Positions 37,984-47,788 of a DNA stretch of 64,000 nt are shown here, piece by piece. Below the pieces are notes generated by a model, which saw only the letters and a list, made by a program, of their open reading frames with translations, did no database searches and was not told where the DNA came from. A program made the position numbers and the translations under genes. The stretch's first letter is position 1. Every line of letters begins with the position of its first letter. This stretch comes from an uncultured Gammaproteobacteria bacterium (GTDB lineage Bacteria; Pseudomonadota; Gammaproteobacteria; Steroidobacterales; Steroidobacteraceae). The DNA lies in NCBI GenBank assembly GCA_963849095.1, contig CAWKGA010000010.1, forward strand, positions 31,412-95,411. The letters are read 5' to 3'.

Positions 37984-38852
37984 GGCCGTGAGTCCGCGAG
38001 CGCTTGCTCGAGGGCACGCAGCTCGCCGAGCATCCACTGCTGATAGTCCACGCCGGCGGGCTCGGTCTCGGTCACGCCGACGATCGGAACCCGAGACGCG
38101 CGGGCGATGCCAAGCAGGCGCTCGATGGAAGTGCTCGTGACCTGCTTGTTGTAGATGAGCACGCGCACGCGGCGGCTTTTCAGATCCTCCTCGAACGCCC
38201 CCGTCTCGCGTGCGCCGGGCTCGGTATCGTTCATCACCGAGAGCTGAAAGCGCTGCTCACGCATCTCGAGACCGAGGGCGGCGACGAGATAGGCCGCAAC
38301 GGGCTCCGTCGCGGCGACGGGCGTGCCGGCGTAGAGGGTACGCAGCCGCCCGATCTCGGCGTCGAGGGGCCTCACGGAGTCGAGAAACCGCTGCAGCCGC
38401 TGCGCGTACAAGGCCCGGTGTGCCGGATCGATCTGCTGCAGATCCCTCGAGATCGCGCGCGCGACGGCTCGCATCGCGGCGGGGTCGTACCACAAATGCG
38501 GGTTGCCGCCGGCCGCATCGCGATGTGCGACCGCCGCGGCGTCAACGACCAGGCGGTGCGAGGAGCCGATGCCGGCGAGCAGGCGTGTCATCCACGTGTC
38601 GTAATGCAAGCCGTTGTAGATGACGAGGTCCGCGCCCGCGATGGCGCGCGCGGCCGCGATATCGGCCTCGTAGAGGTGCGGATCGGCGTCCGGATTGCTG
38701 AGCACACTCGCGACCCGAGCCTCGGGACCCGCGAGCTGCGAGGCGATGTCGCCATAGAAATTTTCGGCGGCCACGATGTGGACCACGCCTGCGGAGGCGA
38801 GCGCCGGCAACGGACACAGCGCGCAGAGACAGGTCGTGGCGAGCTTGATCAA
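37980..38852 (-). CDS. Metal-binding periplasmic protein of a TroA/ZnuA-type ABC importer
   Basis: TTG 38852 with GGAGG 6 nt upstream. Signal peptide (M)IKLATTCLCALCPLPALASA, then VVHIVAAENFYGDIA and NPHLWYDP motifs. Confidence 0.8.
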   Translation of the reverse strand: MIKLATTCLCALCPLPALASAGVVHIVAAENFYGDIASQLAGPEARVASVLSNPDADPHLYEADIAAARAIAGADLVIYNGLHYDTWMTRLLAGIGSSHRLVVDAAAVAHRDAAGGNPHLWYDPAAMRAVARAISRDLQQIDPAHRALYAQRLQRFLDSVRPLDAEIGRLRTLYAGTPVAATEPVAAYLVAALGLEMREQRFQLSVMNDTEPGARETGAFEEDLKSRRVRVLIYNKQVTSTSIERLLGIARASRVPIVGVTETEPAGVDYQQWMLGELRALEQALADSRP

Positions 38853-38986
38853 GCGAGACCTCCGGGGGCGTAAGACCGGTCCGGCCCGCCATCGAGGGCC
38901 GCCGGCGAGCGGCGTCATGCCGCGAGTGCAGGATATCGGGCCCGGGATCGCGCGCAAAGCGGATACCGCGGCCAACGGCCGCGCCG

Positions 38987-39808
38987 CTACGTCGATTCGG
39001 CTTGGTCGGGTGCGGGGATCATCGCTCGCACGCGTGCCCGGACTTCCGTCAGCGCCGTGTCGGTCGCGGCCGCCAGGATGCTCGCGATCGAGCGTCTGAT
39101 GTCATCGTTGCCAGCCACCGCCGCCTTCCAGAACCACTCGGCGGCTGGCGCCGCGAGGCCTCGCTCGGCCAGCACGAGCGCGTGATTGAGCTGGCCGCGG
39201 AAGTAGCCGGACTCGGCGGACCGGCGGTACCAGTAGGCGGCATCATCGAGGTTTCTCGCGCATCCCCAGCCTTCCTCGAGGCAGCGGCCGAGGAGGTTCA
39301 TCGCCCGCCCGTGACGCTGGCGGGCCGCCCGCAGATACCAGTAGAGCGCCTGCGGGAGATCGCGCGCAACGCCGCGTCCGTCGAACAGCATGTTGCCGAA
39401 GTTGTATTCGCCCCAGTCGTGGCGGGCGAGGGCGGAGGACCGATAGTGCGAGGCGGCGAGCGCGAGGTCCTCCGGCGTGCCCCAGCCATTCTCATGGCAG
39501 CGGCCGACCATGTTCATGGCCTCGGCATTTCCCCCTCGGGCGGCACGCGAGAACCATGCGAGCGCGGCTTTCTCATCCCGCGGCACGCCCGTGCCCTCGA
39601 GCAGCATCCGGCCCAGGCGCAGCTGCGCGGCCGTAATCCCGTGCTCTGCCGCGCTCAGAACCCACTCGGCCGCCTCGGCCAGATCGCCGGTGAGCAGGGC
39701 CTTGAGCTCCCGGTAGGACATGCGGAGCATCCGGCTCAATTTGAGCTGCCGCGCCTCCATGGCTTGTGCTCGGGCGAACTGCGCTGCCGTCAAGCTCATC
39801 GGACCCAC
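38987..39808 (-). CDS. Sel1-repeat (SLR/TPR-like) protein
   Basis: About six Sel1 repeats (A.AQ..LG.....G.GV..D...A..W..RAA..G). An alternative start is ATG 39799. Confidence 0.8.
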   Translation of the reverse strand: MGPMSLTAAQFARAQAMEARQLKLSRMLRMSYRELKALLTGDLAEAAEWVLSAAEHGITAAQLRLGRMLLEGTGVPRDEKAALAWFSRAARGGNAEAMNMVGRCHENGWGTPEDLALAASHYRSSALARHDWGEYNFGNMLFDGRGVARDLPQALYWYLRAARQRHGRAMNLLGRCLEEGWGCARNLDDAAYWYRRSAESGYFRGQLNHALVLAERGLAAPAAEWFWKAAVAGNDDIRRSIASILAAATDTALTEVRARVRAMIPAPDQAEST

Positions 39809-39827
39809 CTGTCGCGACGCGCGGCGA

Positions 39828-40508
39828 TCAGAGCTCGGCCCAGCGTCTGAGCAGGTTGTGGTAGCAGGCCGTCAGGCGCACGAGGCTCTCGCGGTCCGCG
39901 GCTTTCGCGGCGAGCTCGCGGATGGCCGTGTCGAGCTCGAAGAGCAGAGACCGGGCGCCGTCGTCGCGGACCAGGCTCTGGATCCAGCAGAACGCGGCGA
40001 TGCGCGCGCCGCGTGTCACCGGCGCGACGCTGTGCACGCTGCTCGCCGGATAGACGATCATGTCCCCCGCCTCGAGCTTCACCGAGTGCGCGCCGTACGT
40101 GTCCTCGATCCGCAGCTCGCCGCCATCGTAGTCCTGAGAGGGGCTCAGGAAGACCGTGGCCGATACGTCCGTGCGCAGCCGGTGAGGGGTGCCGGGGACC
40201 GGCCGCAAGGCGTTGTCGATATGCGCGCCGAACGACATGCCGGGTTCGTACCGATTGAAGAGCGGGGGATAGACGCGCAGGGGCAGCGTCGCGCTCGCGA
40301 ACAGCGGGCTGCGCTCGAGCGCCCGCATGACGATCTCGCCCGCCTCGCGAGCTGCCGGATCGCCCTGGGGCAGCTGCAGATTGGATTTGACCTCCGCGGA
40401 TTGATAGCCCGCGGTCAGGCGCCCGTCCGCCCACGCGGCTCCATCGAGCCGCTGCCGCACGTTGACGAGCTCATCGGGGGAGAGGAGCGCGGCGATCCGA
40501 GCGATCAT
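39828..40508 (-). CDS. Fe(II)/2-oxoglutarate-dependent PKHD-type hydroxylase (PiuC/YbiX-like)
   Basis: 226 aa. LFNRYEPGMSFGAHIDNA (His-x-Asp facial triad) and the characteristic C-terminal helical domain. Confidence 0.85.
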   Translation of the reverse strand: MIARIAALLSPDELVNVRQRLDGAAWADGRLTAGYQSAEVKSNLQLPQGDPAAREAGEIVMRALERSPLFASATLPLRVYPPLFNRYEPGMSFGAHIDNALRPVPGTPHRLRTDVSATVFLSPSQDYDGGELRIEDTYGAHSVKLEAGDMIVYPASSVHSVAPVTRGARIAAFCWIQSLVRDDGARSLLFELDTAIRELAAKAADRESLVRLTACYHNLLRRWAEL

Positions 40509-40513
40509 GACCG

Positions 40514-42779
40514 TCAGAGCGCGAGGCGGATCGTGAGCGAGGCGCTGCGGCCGGGGCCGGGGAGGACGTGGTTCTCCGATGCGCTCGTGTAGTAGGGCGA
40601 CAGGTAGTAGTACTTGTTGAGCAGATTGAACCCGTTCAACTGCAGCGACAGATTGTCGGTCGCGCGGTAGGTCACCATGGCGTTGACGACGGTGTAGCCG
40701 GGGAGGTAGGCCGCCTCGCCGCTGTCGGCGTAACGGTGCGTGAGCCAGTTGCCTCCGAATCCGAACTCCCAGCGGCTCGAAAGTTCATATTCCGTCCACA
40801 GCGTGATTTCATCGTGCGCGACGTTCGGCATCGCCTTGCCGACGTAGGCCGGCGTGCCGGAGGCGATCGTCACGCCGTCGAGATACGTGTAGCCGGCGGT
40901 GATCTCCCAGTGGCGGGTGATGTGGCCGGTCGCGTCGAGCTCGAGGCCGTTCACCCGCTGATTGCCTTCGAGCAGGGTGATGTTGGGGTTCTCCGGATCG
41001 TTGGTCTCAGCGTTGTCCACTTCCGTCTGGAACACTGCGCCGGTGAGCAGCAGACCGCCGTCGAGCACGGTGTTCTTCACCCCCGCCTCGAAGGTCTTTG
41101 CCTTCTCCGGGCCGAGATCGGCGGTCTTCGTGGTGAGCGACAGCGCCTCGGCGGAGGGATCGAAGGAGGTGCCGTAGAACACGTAGTACGTCTGCGTGGG
41201 CGTCGGCTTGAACTCGAGCGCCGCGCGCGGACTGCCGAGGCGGTCGAGGTGGCCGAGCTGCAGGAGGCTATCGCTTGCAAGGGTGAGCTGGTCGTAGGCG
41301 GCCGTGAACTCGTCATAGCGCGCGCCCACGAGCAGGTCGAGGTACGGCGTGAAACCGATCGTGTCGGTCGCATAGGCGGAATAGACGTACGCGGTGGTGT
41401 CCTGGTACGAGTTCACGGGCTCCGTTCCCGGCAGCGGCTCGTACGGGTCCGGATCGAGGAGCGGGGTCTCGGGAACCCAGTTGTTGTTCGTGTTGAACGG
41501 ATTGACGTAGCGGGCGAGGTCGGAGGTCTGACGCGAGTACTCGATGCCGCCGACGAAGTCGTGGGTCACGGCTCCCGTATTGAACCGGGCCGAGAGATCG
41601 ACCTGGTCGTCGATGTTCGTCTGGATGCCGGAGCTGTCCGGTGCGTCGCGGCCGACCAGGATGTCGTCGAGCGGCATGTCCGGAGCGGGCGGACCCTGTC
41701 CGCCGTCGGCCACCGTGCCGTAGTTCGGCGCGTGGAAGAAGTAGCTGAAGTCGTAGTGCGCGTAGCGCAGCGTGTTCGAGATCGAGACGCTCGAGCTGAA
41801 ATCGTGCTTGTAGAGCGCGGTCGCGATGTCGACATTCGAACGTCGTGCGGTCGGTCACGAGACCGTAGTCGGTGCCGATCGGAACCGGCGCGGGCAGGCC
41901 GTTGACGAACGGTATGCCCGTGTCCGGCAGGTCGTCCTCTTGCTGGTGCAGGTAGGCGAAGGTGAGCGTGTCCGGCCCGCCGATGCCGAAGGAGATCGAC
42001 GGAGCGAGTCCCCAGCGCCGGTTCTCGACGAAGTCGCGCTCCGCGATCGAGGAGGACTCACCCATGGCGTTCACACGGAAGGCGTCGTCGGTCCCGAACG
42101 GCTCGTTCACGTCCGCGGTGCCGCGGTAGAGGGCGTTCGTGCCGAAGTCCGAGGTGAACACATCGAGCGGAGCGAGGAGGGGTGCCTTGCTCACCTGGTT
42201 GATGGCGCCGCCCGTCGAGCCGCGCCCGAACAGCACGGCCGAGGGACCATCGACGACCTCCGCCGACTGCAGATCGAAGCTGTCGCGCGTGTAGACGGCG
42301 GCGTCCCGGATGCCATCGAGGAAGAAGTCGTTGAACGCCGAGAAGCCGCGAATGTTGACCGTGTCCCCCCGCGCGGCGCCCTCTCCTGCGTTGAGGGTGA
42401 TGCCGGGAACGTTCTGCAGAGCCTGCTCGAGCCGAGTGTCGGACTGCTGCTCGATGAGCTCGCCGCTCACGACGGTGACCGTCTGCGGAATGTTCTGCAC
42501 GTTCTCGGGCAGCTTGTCCTCGATGAGGGGCCGAAGGCCGGTCACGGTGACCTCCTGCAGGTCGGCGTCCGAATCCGCGGTGGAGGCCTGATTGGCTGCG
42601 CTGTCGGCATGCGCCGCCGCCGCGCCGAGGAGCGAGGATATCCCCACCCCGCAGACGCTCAGGGTGCCGAGGCGCTGCCAGGCGAGACCCGCTGTCTTCG
42701 GGCCGGGGCGCTGCCCGACCTGTCTCGGTGTCTGTGAGCAGCCCTCGGTGAGGCCTTCGTAGGGACCGTTACCCATCAT
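40514..42779 (-). pseudogene. TonB-dependent (siderophore-type) receptor, one frame change near 41835-41842 (or assembly indel)
   Basis: ATG 42779 with GAGGAG 6 nt upstream. Plug domain (VVDGPSAVLFGRGSTGGAINQVSK). The N-terminal frame reads ...DYGLVTDRTTFE, and the next frame continues NVDIATALYKHDFSSSVSISNTLRYAHYDF... into ORF 40514..41713. Confidence 0.8.
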
Positions 42780-42838
42780 CAAGCTCTCCTCGGCGATCAG
42801 CCGGCAGTGCGCGTCCGGCATAGTCTAATATAAATGAT

Positions 42839-42857
42839 AATGATTCGCATTCAGGAG
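42839..42857. promoter_or_regulatory. Fur-box-like operator upstream of the TBDR-PiuC-Sel1-ABC operon
   Basis: ATAAATGATAATGATTCGC matches GATAATGATAATCATTATC at 13/19, and an overlapping register GATAATGATTCGCATTC is also present. It lies in an AT-rich patch 60 nt upstream of ATG 42779. Confidence 0.5.
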
Positions 42858-43012
42858 TCAATCGACGATTAGTCCTTCGGGGGGGAAAGATCACCCGACG
42901 GAGGACATGCGGGAGGCACGGGGAGGCGCTCGCCTCCCCGGAGCTATTGACCGAGGCTCGGTGCGGAAGGCGGGGGAGGCTGACGCGGTGTCCGCGGACG
43001 CCGAAGCTCGGC

Positions 43013-44098
43013 TCAATGTCTTCGAGACCGCGCGACGGCGACACCCCAGGGTCCCGTACCACACGGAATCGTCGCAATGATCTTGAAGGTCGCTGTATCG
43101 ATGACCGAGACGTTGTTCGAAGGACCGTTCGCGGCGTAGAGCCGCCTGCCGTCCGGCGTGAGAGCGATCGTCCACGGCCGTATGCCGGTCATCGCGACGC
43201 GAGTGATCTCGTCCGTCTTCAAATTGACCTCGACCACCGCGCCGCCGCGGCCCGTCGAGACGTAGAGCGAGCGGCCGCTCGGCGAGACGAGCATGTCCAT
43301 CGGCCGCGCGGCGCCGGTCGCCGGTTGAAATATCGCGGAAGGTTTGAGGTAGAACGTCTTCACGGGCGTGTCGGTGCGGGCGTTCACGACGGTCACACTC
43401 GCGTCGAATTCCCCTGGCACGTAGGCCGTGGAGCCGGTCGGGGTGAAGGCAATAGATCGCGGCCGTTGCCCGACGCTGAACTGCTTGACGAGCTGATTGG
43501 TCGCCGTGGCGAGGACCGACACTCGGGCGGCGCTTTCGGAGGTGAAGTACACGAAGCGTCCGTTCGGCGTGACGCGTACACCTTCCGGCTCCGCGCCCAC
43601 CGGGATGCTCGCGAGCGTTTGCCCGCTCGCCACGTCGATCACCACCGCGTTGCCGCTGTCCTCGCTCGCCACGTAGAGCCGGCGCCCGTCACGGCTGACG
43701 GCGAGCTTCTCGGGGTCCGATACGCCGCGGATCACCCGCGAGACCGACCGTGTCGCGATGTCGAAAACGCCGATGCCGTCGGCCGACTTGTCGGGCGGCG
43801 GCTCGGGCCCTTGCCGCTTGCCGGGCGGCCCCTCGATCGGGGAGCCGCTGAGGGCGATGAATAGATACCGTCCGTCCGGGCTTGGCACGATGCCGCGGGG
43901 GCGGCGGCCGAGCGGTACGGTCGCGACGACCTTCAGCGTGCGGCCGTCGATGATGCTGAGATCGCCGGAGATCTCGTTCGTGACGTAGGCATCGTAGGAC
44001 GACCGCGCTGCGGCGTGGTGTGCTTCCTGCGCGGATGCGCCGGCACACAGCGTGAGCGCCGTACCCGTCGTCACAAGCGCCTGGATCAGCTTGAGCAT
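43013..44098 (-). CDS. YncE-like / YVTN-repeat seven-bladed beta-propeller protein, secreted
   Basis: ATG 44098 after AAGGGG. Signal peptide MLKLIQALVTTGTALTLCAGASA, with repeated ...YV(A/T)N...VSVID... blades. Confidence 0.7.
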   Translation of the reverse strand: MLKLIQALVTTGTALTLCAGASAQEAHHAAARSSYDAYVTNEISGDLSIIDGRTLKVVATVPLGRRPRGIVPSPDGRYLFIALSGSPIEGPPGKRQGPEPPPDKSADGIGVFDIATRSVSRVIRGVSDPEKLAVSRDGRRLYVASEDSGNAVVIDVASGQTLASIPVGAEPEGVRVTPNGRFVYFTSESAARVSVLATATNQLVKQFSVGQRPRSIAFTPTGSTAYVPGEFDASVTVVNARTDTPVKTFYLKPSAIFQPATGAARPMDMLVSPSGRSLYVSTGRGGAVVEVNLKTDEITRVAMTGIRPWTIALTPDGRRLYAANGPSNNVSVIDTATFKIIATIPCGTGPWGVAVARSRRH

Positions 44099-44258
44099 CG
44101 TGGAACCCCTTTGCGCATCGGCCGCACGCGAGGCGGCGCGCCGCGGAATTCTACACGGCACAGCGGCGGATCCGGGCGGGAAATCTTCCTGATCAGGACT
44201 TCCGCGTTTGCCCGCAGGGCGGCGCGTTCGAGCTATGCTCGGTTGTCGAGGAGTGCCC

Positions 44259-46324
44259 ATGCGAGACCATCGAATCCTGTCTTCGAATCGGAGCGTTCCG
44301 AGCGGCGCCGCGCTGCTGGCGCTGCTCATGGTCGCCGGATGCAGTGCGCCTGCGCAGGTGGTGCGGGTGGCGCATTCGGCTGCGGCGGTGCCGGCAACCG
44401 CTCCCGCATCGTCCTACGATCCGTTAGAGACCTTCGCGCCGCTGACGCTGCCCGATCCGGTCAACGCCTACCGGGCGGGCAACGGCGCGCCCGGCCCCGC
44501 GTACTGGCAGAATCGCGCCGACTACGAGATCCACGCGAGCCTCGATCCGGACACGGCCCGGCTCGCGGGGAGCGAGGTCATCACCTATACCAACAACAGC
44601 CCGCAGGCGCTCGCGAGCCTGTGGGTCCAGCTGGAGCAGAACATCTACCGGGAGGACGCCCGCGCGCGGTACGTCCGCAGCGGACCGCGTCAGCCGTTCC
44701 TCGGCGCGCATACCGATGGCGATGTCCTCGAGTCCGTCGAGATCGGGCGGCAGGGCCGCCTCGCGAAGGCTGACTACATCGTGTCCGACACCCGCATGCA
44801 GATCCGCCTGGCGCAGCCGCTCGCGCCGCACGGCGGCAAGCTGGAAATTCATATCCGGTACCACTACACGGTGCCTGGCGCATTCGGCGGCCGCACCGGG
44901 CACATCCCGACGAAGAACGGCGAGATCTTCGACATCGCCCAGTGGTATCCGCGCATGGCGGTGTACGACGATCTGCGCGGCTGGGACACGCTGCCGTACC
45001 TCGGCACCGAGTTCTATCTCGAGTACGGGGATTTCGACTACTACGTGACCGTGCCCCGGGACATGCTGGTGGCCGGCTCCGGTGAGCTGCAAGAATCCGC
45101 AGGAGGTGCTCACGGCGCTCGAGCGCAAGCGCCTGCAACAGGCGCGCGCGAGCGACGCGACGGTGATGATTCGCCGCTGCGGAGGAGATCGGCGATCCGC
45201 GCAGCCGGCCGGCGGGGAAGGGCACGCTCACCTGGCACTTCCGCATCAACCAGTCGCGCGATGTCTCCTTCGCCGCCTCGCGCGCGTTCATCTGGGATGC
45301 GGCGCGGATCAATCTGCCCGCCGGCAAGAGCGCCCTCGCGATGTCGTTCTATCCGGTCGAGAGCGCCGGGCCAGGGGCGTGGGGCCGCTCCACCGAGTAT
45401 CTGAAGGACGCCGTCGAGAATTTCTCGGCGCGCTGGGGGCTCGCTTACCCGTATCCCGCGGCGGTGAGCGTCGCGGGGTCAGTTGGCGGCATGGAGTATC
45501 CGGCCATCGTCTTCGACTCCTACAAGGATGCCGGCAAGGAGCTGTTCTGGCTCACGGCGCACGAGATCGGGCACACCTGGTTCCCGATGGTGGTGGGCTT
45601 CGACGAGCGGCGCGACCAGTGGATGGACGAGGGCTTCAACACCTTCATCGACGTGTACGAGTCCGAGGACTTCGAGCACGGCGTCTACGGGCCCAAGCGC
45701 GACCCCGAGTACGCGCCGGGCGGCGGCAGCCCGGCCGACCAGATCGTTCCGTTGCTCGAGGATCCCGGCACTCCCGTCCTCCTCACTCGCGCCGACCAGA
45801 TCACCGAGAAGTACCGTCACCCGCTCACGTATTTCAAATCGGCGCTCGGCCTCGTGCTGCTGCGCGAGCAGATCCTGGGACCCGAGCGCTTCGACTGGGC
45901 GTTCCGCAAGTTCATCCGCGACTGGGCCTATCGCCACCCGACGCCCTCGGATTTTTTCCGCGCGATGGACAGCGCCGGGGGCGAGGATCTGTCCTGGTTC
46001 TGGCGCGGCTGGTACTTCCACAACTGGACGCTGGACCTTGCGGTCGAGGGAGTACATCCCGTCGCTGGCAACTGGAGCAAGGGCGCCGTGGTGACCGTCG
46101 CCAATCTAGACCGGCTGGTGCTGCCAGCCGATGTGAAGATCGACTTTCAGGATGGAAGCAGCGAGCGCATCCGCCTGCCGGCCGAGACCTGGATTCAACA
46201 GAAACGCATCGACCTCACGCTCAACAGCACAAAGCCGGTCACGCGAGTCTCGATCGACCCCGACCATGTCCTTCCGGACAAGGACCGGAGCAACAACGTA
46301 CTGACCGTGGCGCCGGGGCGATAG
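44259..46324 (+). pseudogene. M1-family zinc metallopeptidase lipoprotein, two frame changes (~45085-45095 and ~45165-45180) or assembly indels
   Basis: ATG 44259 after GAGGAG, lipobox LMVAGC. Frame 1 reads to ...VAGSGEL, frame 2 reads [26 protein letters not shown], and frame 3 reads [43 protein letters not shown]...HEIGHTWF...WMDEGF (HExxH+E). Confidence 0.75.
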
Positions 46325-46339
46325 GGCCGCGGGCGGCGG

Positions 46340-47605
46340 TCAGAAGAGGTGTGCGCCCACGATCCCGCCGTAAACGCCGAGCCCGGCCGTCAGCAGCGAC
46401 ACGCCGACCACGATCCAGGCGTACGCGCCTCTCAGACGGTGCGCCGCAGGAAGGGCTTTGAAGGCGAGCAGCACGAGGAAGCCGAGCACCACGGGCAGCA
46501 TCAAGGCGTTCATCACTTCCACGGCGATATTGAGCGCGACGAGATCGGGCACCGCCCCGACGATCACCGCGCCGCCGATGACCGCGGCCGTGTAGATGCC
46601 GTAGAACCACGGCGCCTCGAGCGGATGATACTCGAGGGAGTGCCGATAGCCCGTGACCTCGCCGAAGCCCCAGGCAGAGGCGAGCGACGCCACGATCGCC
46701 GCCACCATCGCCGCTCCAATGGTTCCGAGTCCAAAGACCGTGCGGCCGATATGAGGTCCGAGGGCGGGCACGAGCGCCTTGGTGACATCGGCGATGCTGT
46801 TGAGGCTCGCGTGGATATCCGACTTGCCGATCGTCGCCGCCGCCGCGATCAGCACCGCCGCCATGACGGCTTGAGTGATCACCGATCCCACAGCGGTGTC
46901 CCAGCGGGCGTGGATGTAGTGTTTCGGCTGCAGCTTCTTGTCGGCGACCGCGGACTGTTGATAGAAGATCATCCACGGCATGATCACGGCGCCGATGTTG
47001 GCGGCGACGAGGTACAGATAGCGGCTGTCCGCCAGCGGCATGCTCACGATCCCGCGCGCGAGCTCCGCGCCGCGCGGATGGGCGCTGTAGGCGACCAGGA
47101 AGAAGGCGAGCTCGAACAGGCCGAGGAGAATGGCGACGCGCTCCACGCGGCGATAGGCTCCCGTCAGCACCACGAACAGCAAAAGAGCCGCGCTCAAGCT
47201 CAGGCTGACAGCTCGCGGCACGCCGTACAGCTCACCCACGCCGGCCACGCCGGAGAACTCGGTCAGCAACGCGCCAATGGTCGCGATGCCGAGGCCAGTG
47301 ACCGACACCCACGCCCAGGCGGGTCCGAACGTTTCGCGGATCAGCTCGCCGTGGCCCTTGCCGGTGAAGATGCCGAGCCGCACGGTGAGCTCCTGCACGA
47401 TGTACAGGACAGGGATCAGCAGCAGCTGCAGCAGAAGCAGCCGGTATCCCCATTGAACGCCGCTCTGGGCGGCCGTGATGATGCTGCCCACGTCCGTGTC
47501 GGCGAGCATCACGACGAGCCCGGGTCCCATGACGAAGAGGAAGGTCTTCCACCCGGAGGCCGAGACCCGGGGGCGGATCAGGAGATTTCTTACGGGCTCG
47601 TCCAC
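46340..47605 (-). CDS. mntH: NRAMP-family divalent metal (Mn2+/Fe2+) transporter
   Basis: Motifs GPGLVVMLADTDVGSIITAAQSG and AVIMPWMIFYQQS. Start taken as GTG 47605, which lies downstream of the Fur-like box; this is uncertain. Confidence 0.8.
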   Translation of the reverse strand: MDEPVRNLLIRPRVSASGWKTFLFVMGPGLVVMLADTDVGSIITAAQSGVQWGYRLLLLQLLLIPVLYIVQELTVRLGIFTGKGHGELIRETFGPAWAWVSVTGLGIATIGALLTEFSGVAGVGELYGVPRAVSLSLSAALLLFVVLTGAYRRVERVAILLGLFELAFFLVAYSAHPRGAELARGIVSMPLADSRYLYLVAANIGAVIMPWMIFYQQSAVADKKLQPKHYIHARWDTAVGSVITQAVMAAVLIAAAATIGKSDIHASLNSIADVTKALVPALGPHIGRTVFGLGTIGAAMVAAIVASLASAWGFGEVTGYRHSLEYHPLEAPWFYGIYTAAVIGGAVIVGAVPDLVALNIAVEVMNALMLPVVLGFLVLLAFKALPAAHRLRGAYAWIVVGVSLLTAGLGVYGGIVGAHLF

Positions 47606-47642
47606 CGTCGAATGATGCCTGCCGGCCCCACAAATACGAGTG

Positions 47643-47661
47643 CGAATGATTCTCAATATAC
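47643..47661. promoter_or_regulatory. Fur-box-like site in the mntH-mgtC divergent region
   Basis: The minus-strand reading TATATTGAGAATCATTCGC matches the Fur consensus at 14/19. It lies about 40 nt upstream of the proposed mntH start. Confidence 0.35.
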
Positions 47662-47788
47662 ACGACTCGGGTCTCCATGTAGCGCGAGGCTGCTCGGCCG
47701 GCTGGTGGTCGAGCTCGGCAGTGCGTGGCGGCCCTGCTGCTACACTCCGGATGGTCGCTGGGTGAGCCCACGCGCCGGGGGGACCACG

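Noticed and set aside
46349-47788. N-terminal 480 codons of ORF 46349..48496
   Set aside because: This part is antisense to mntH. Only the last 235 codons (from ATG 47789) read as an MgtC-family protein.
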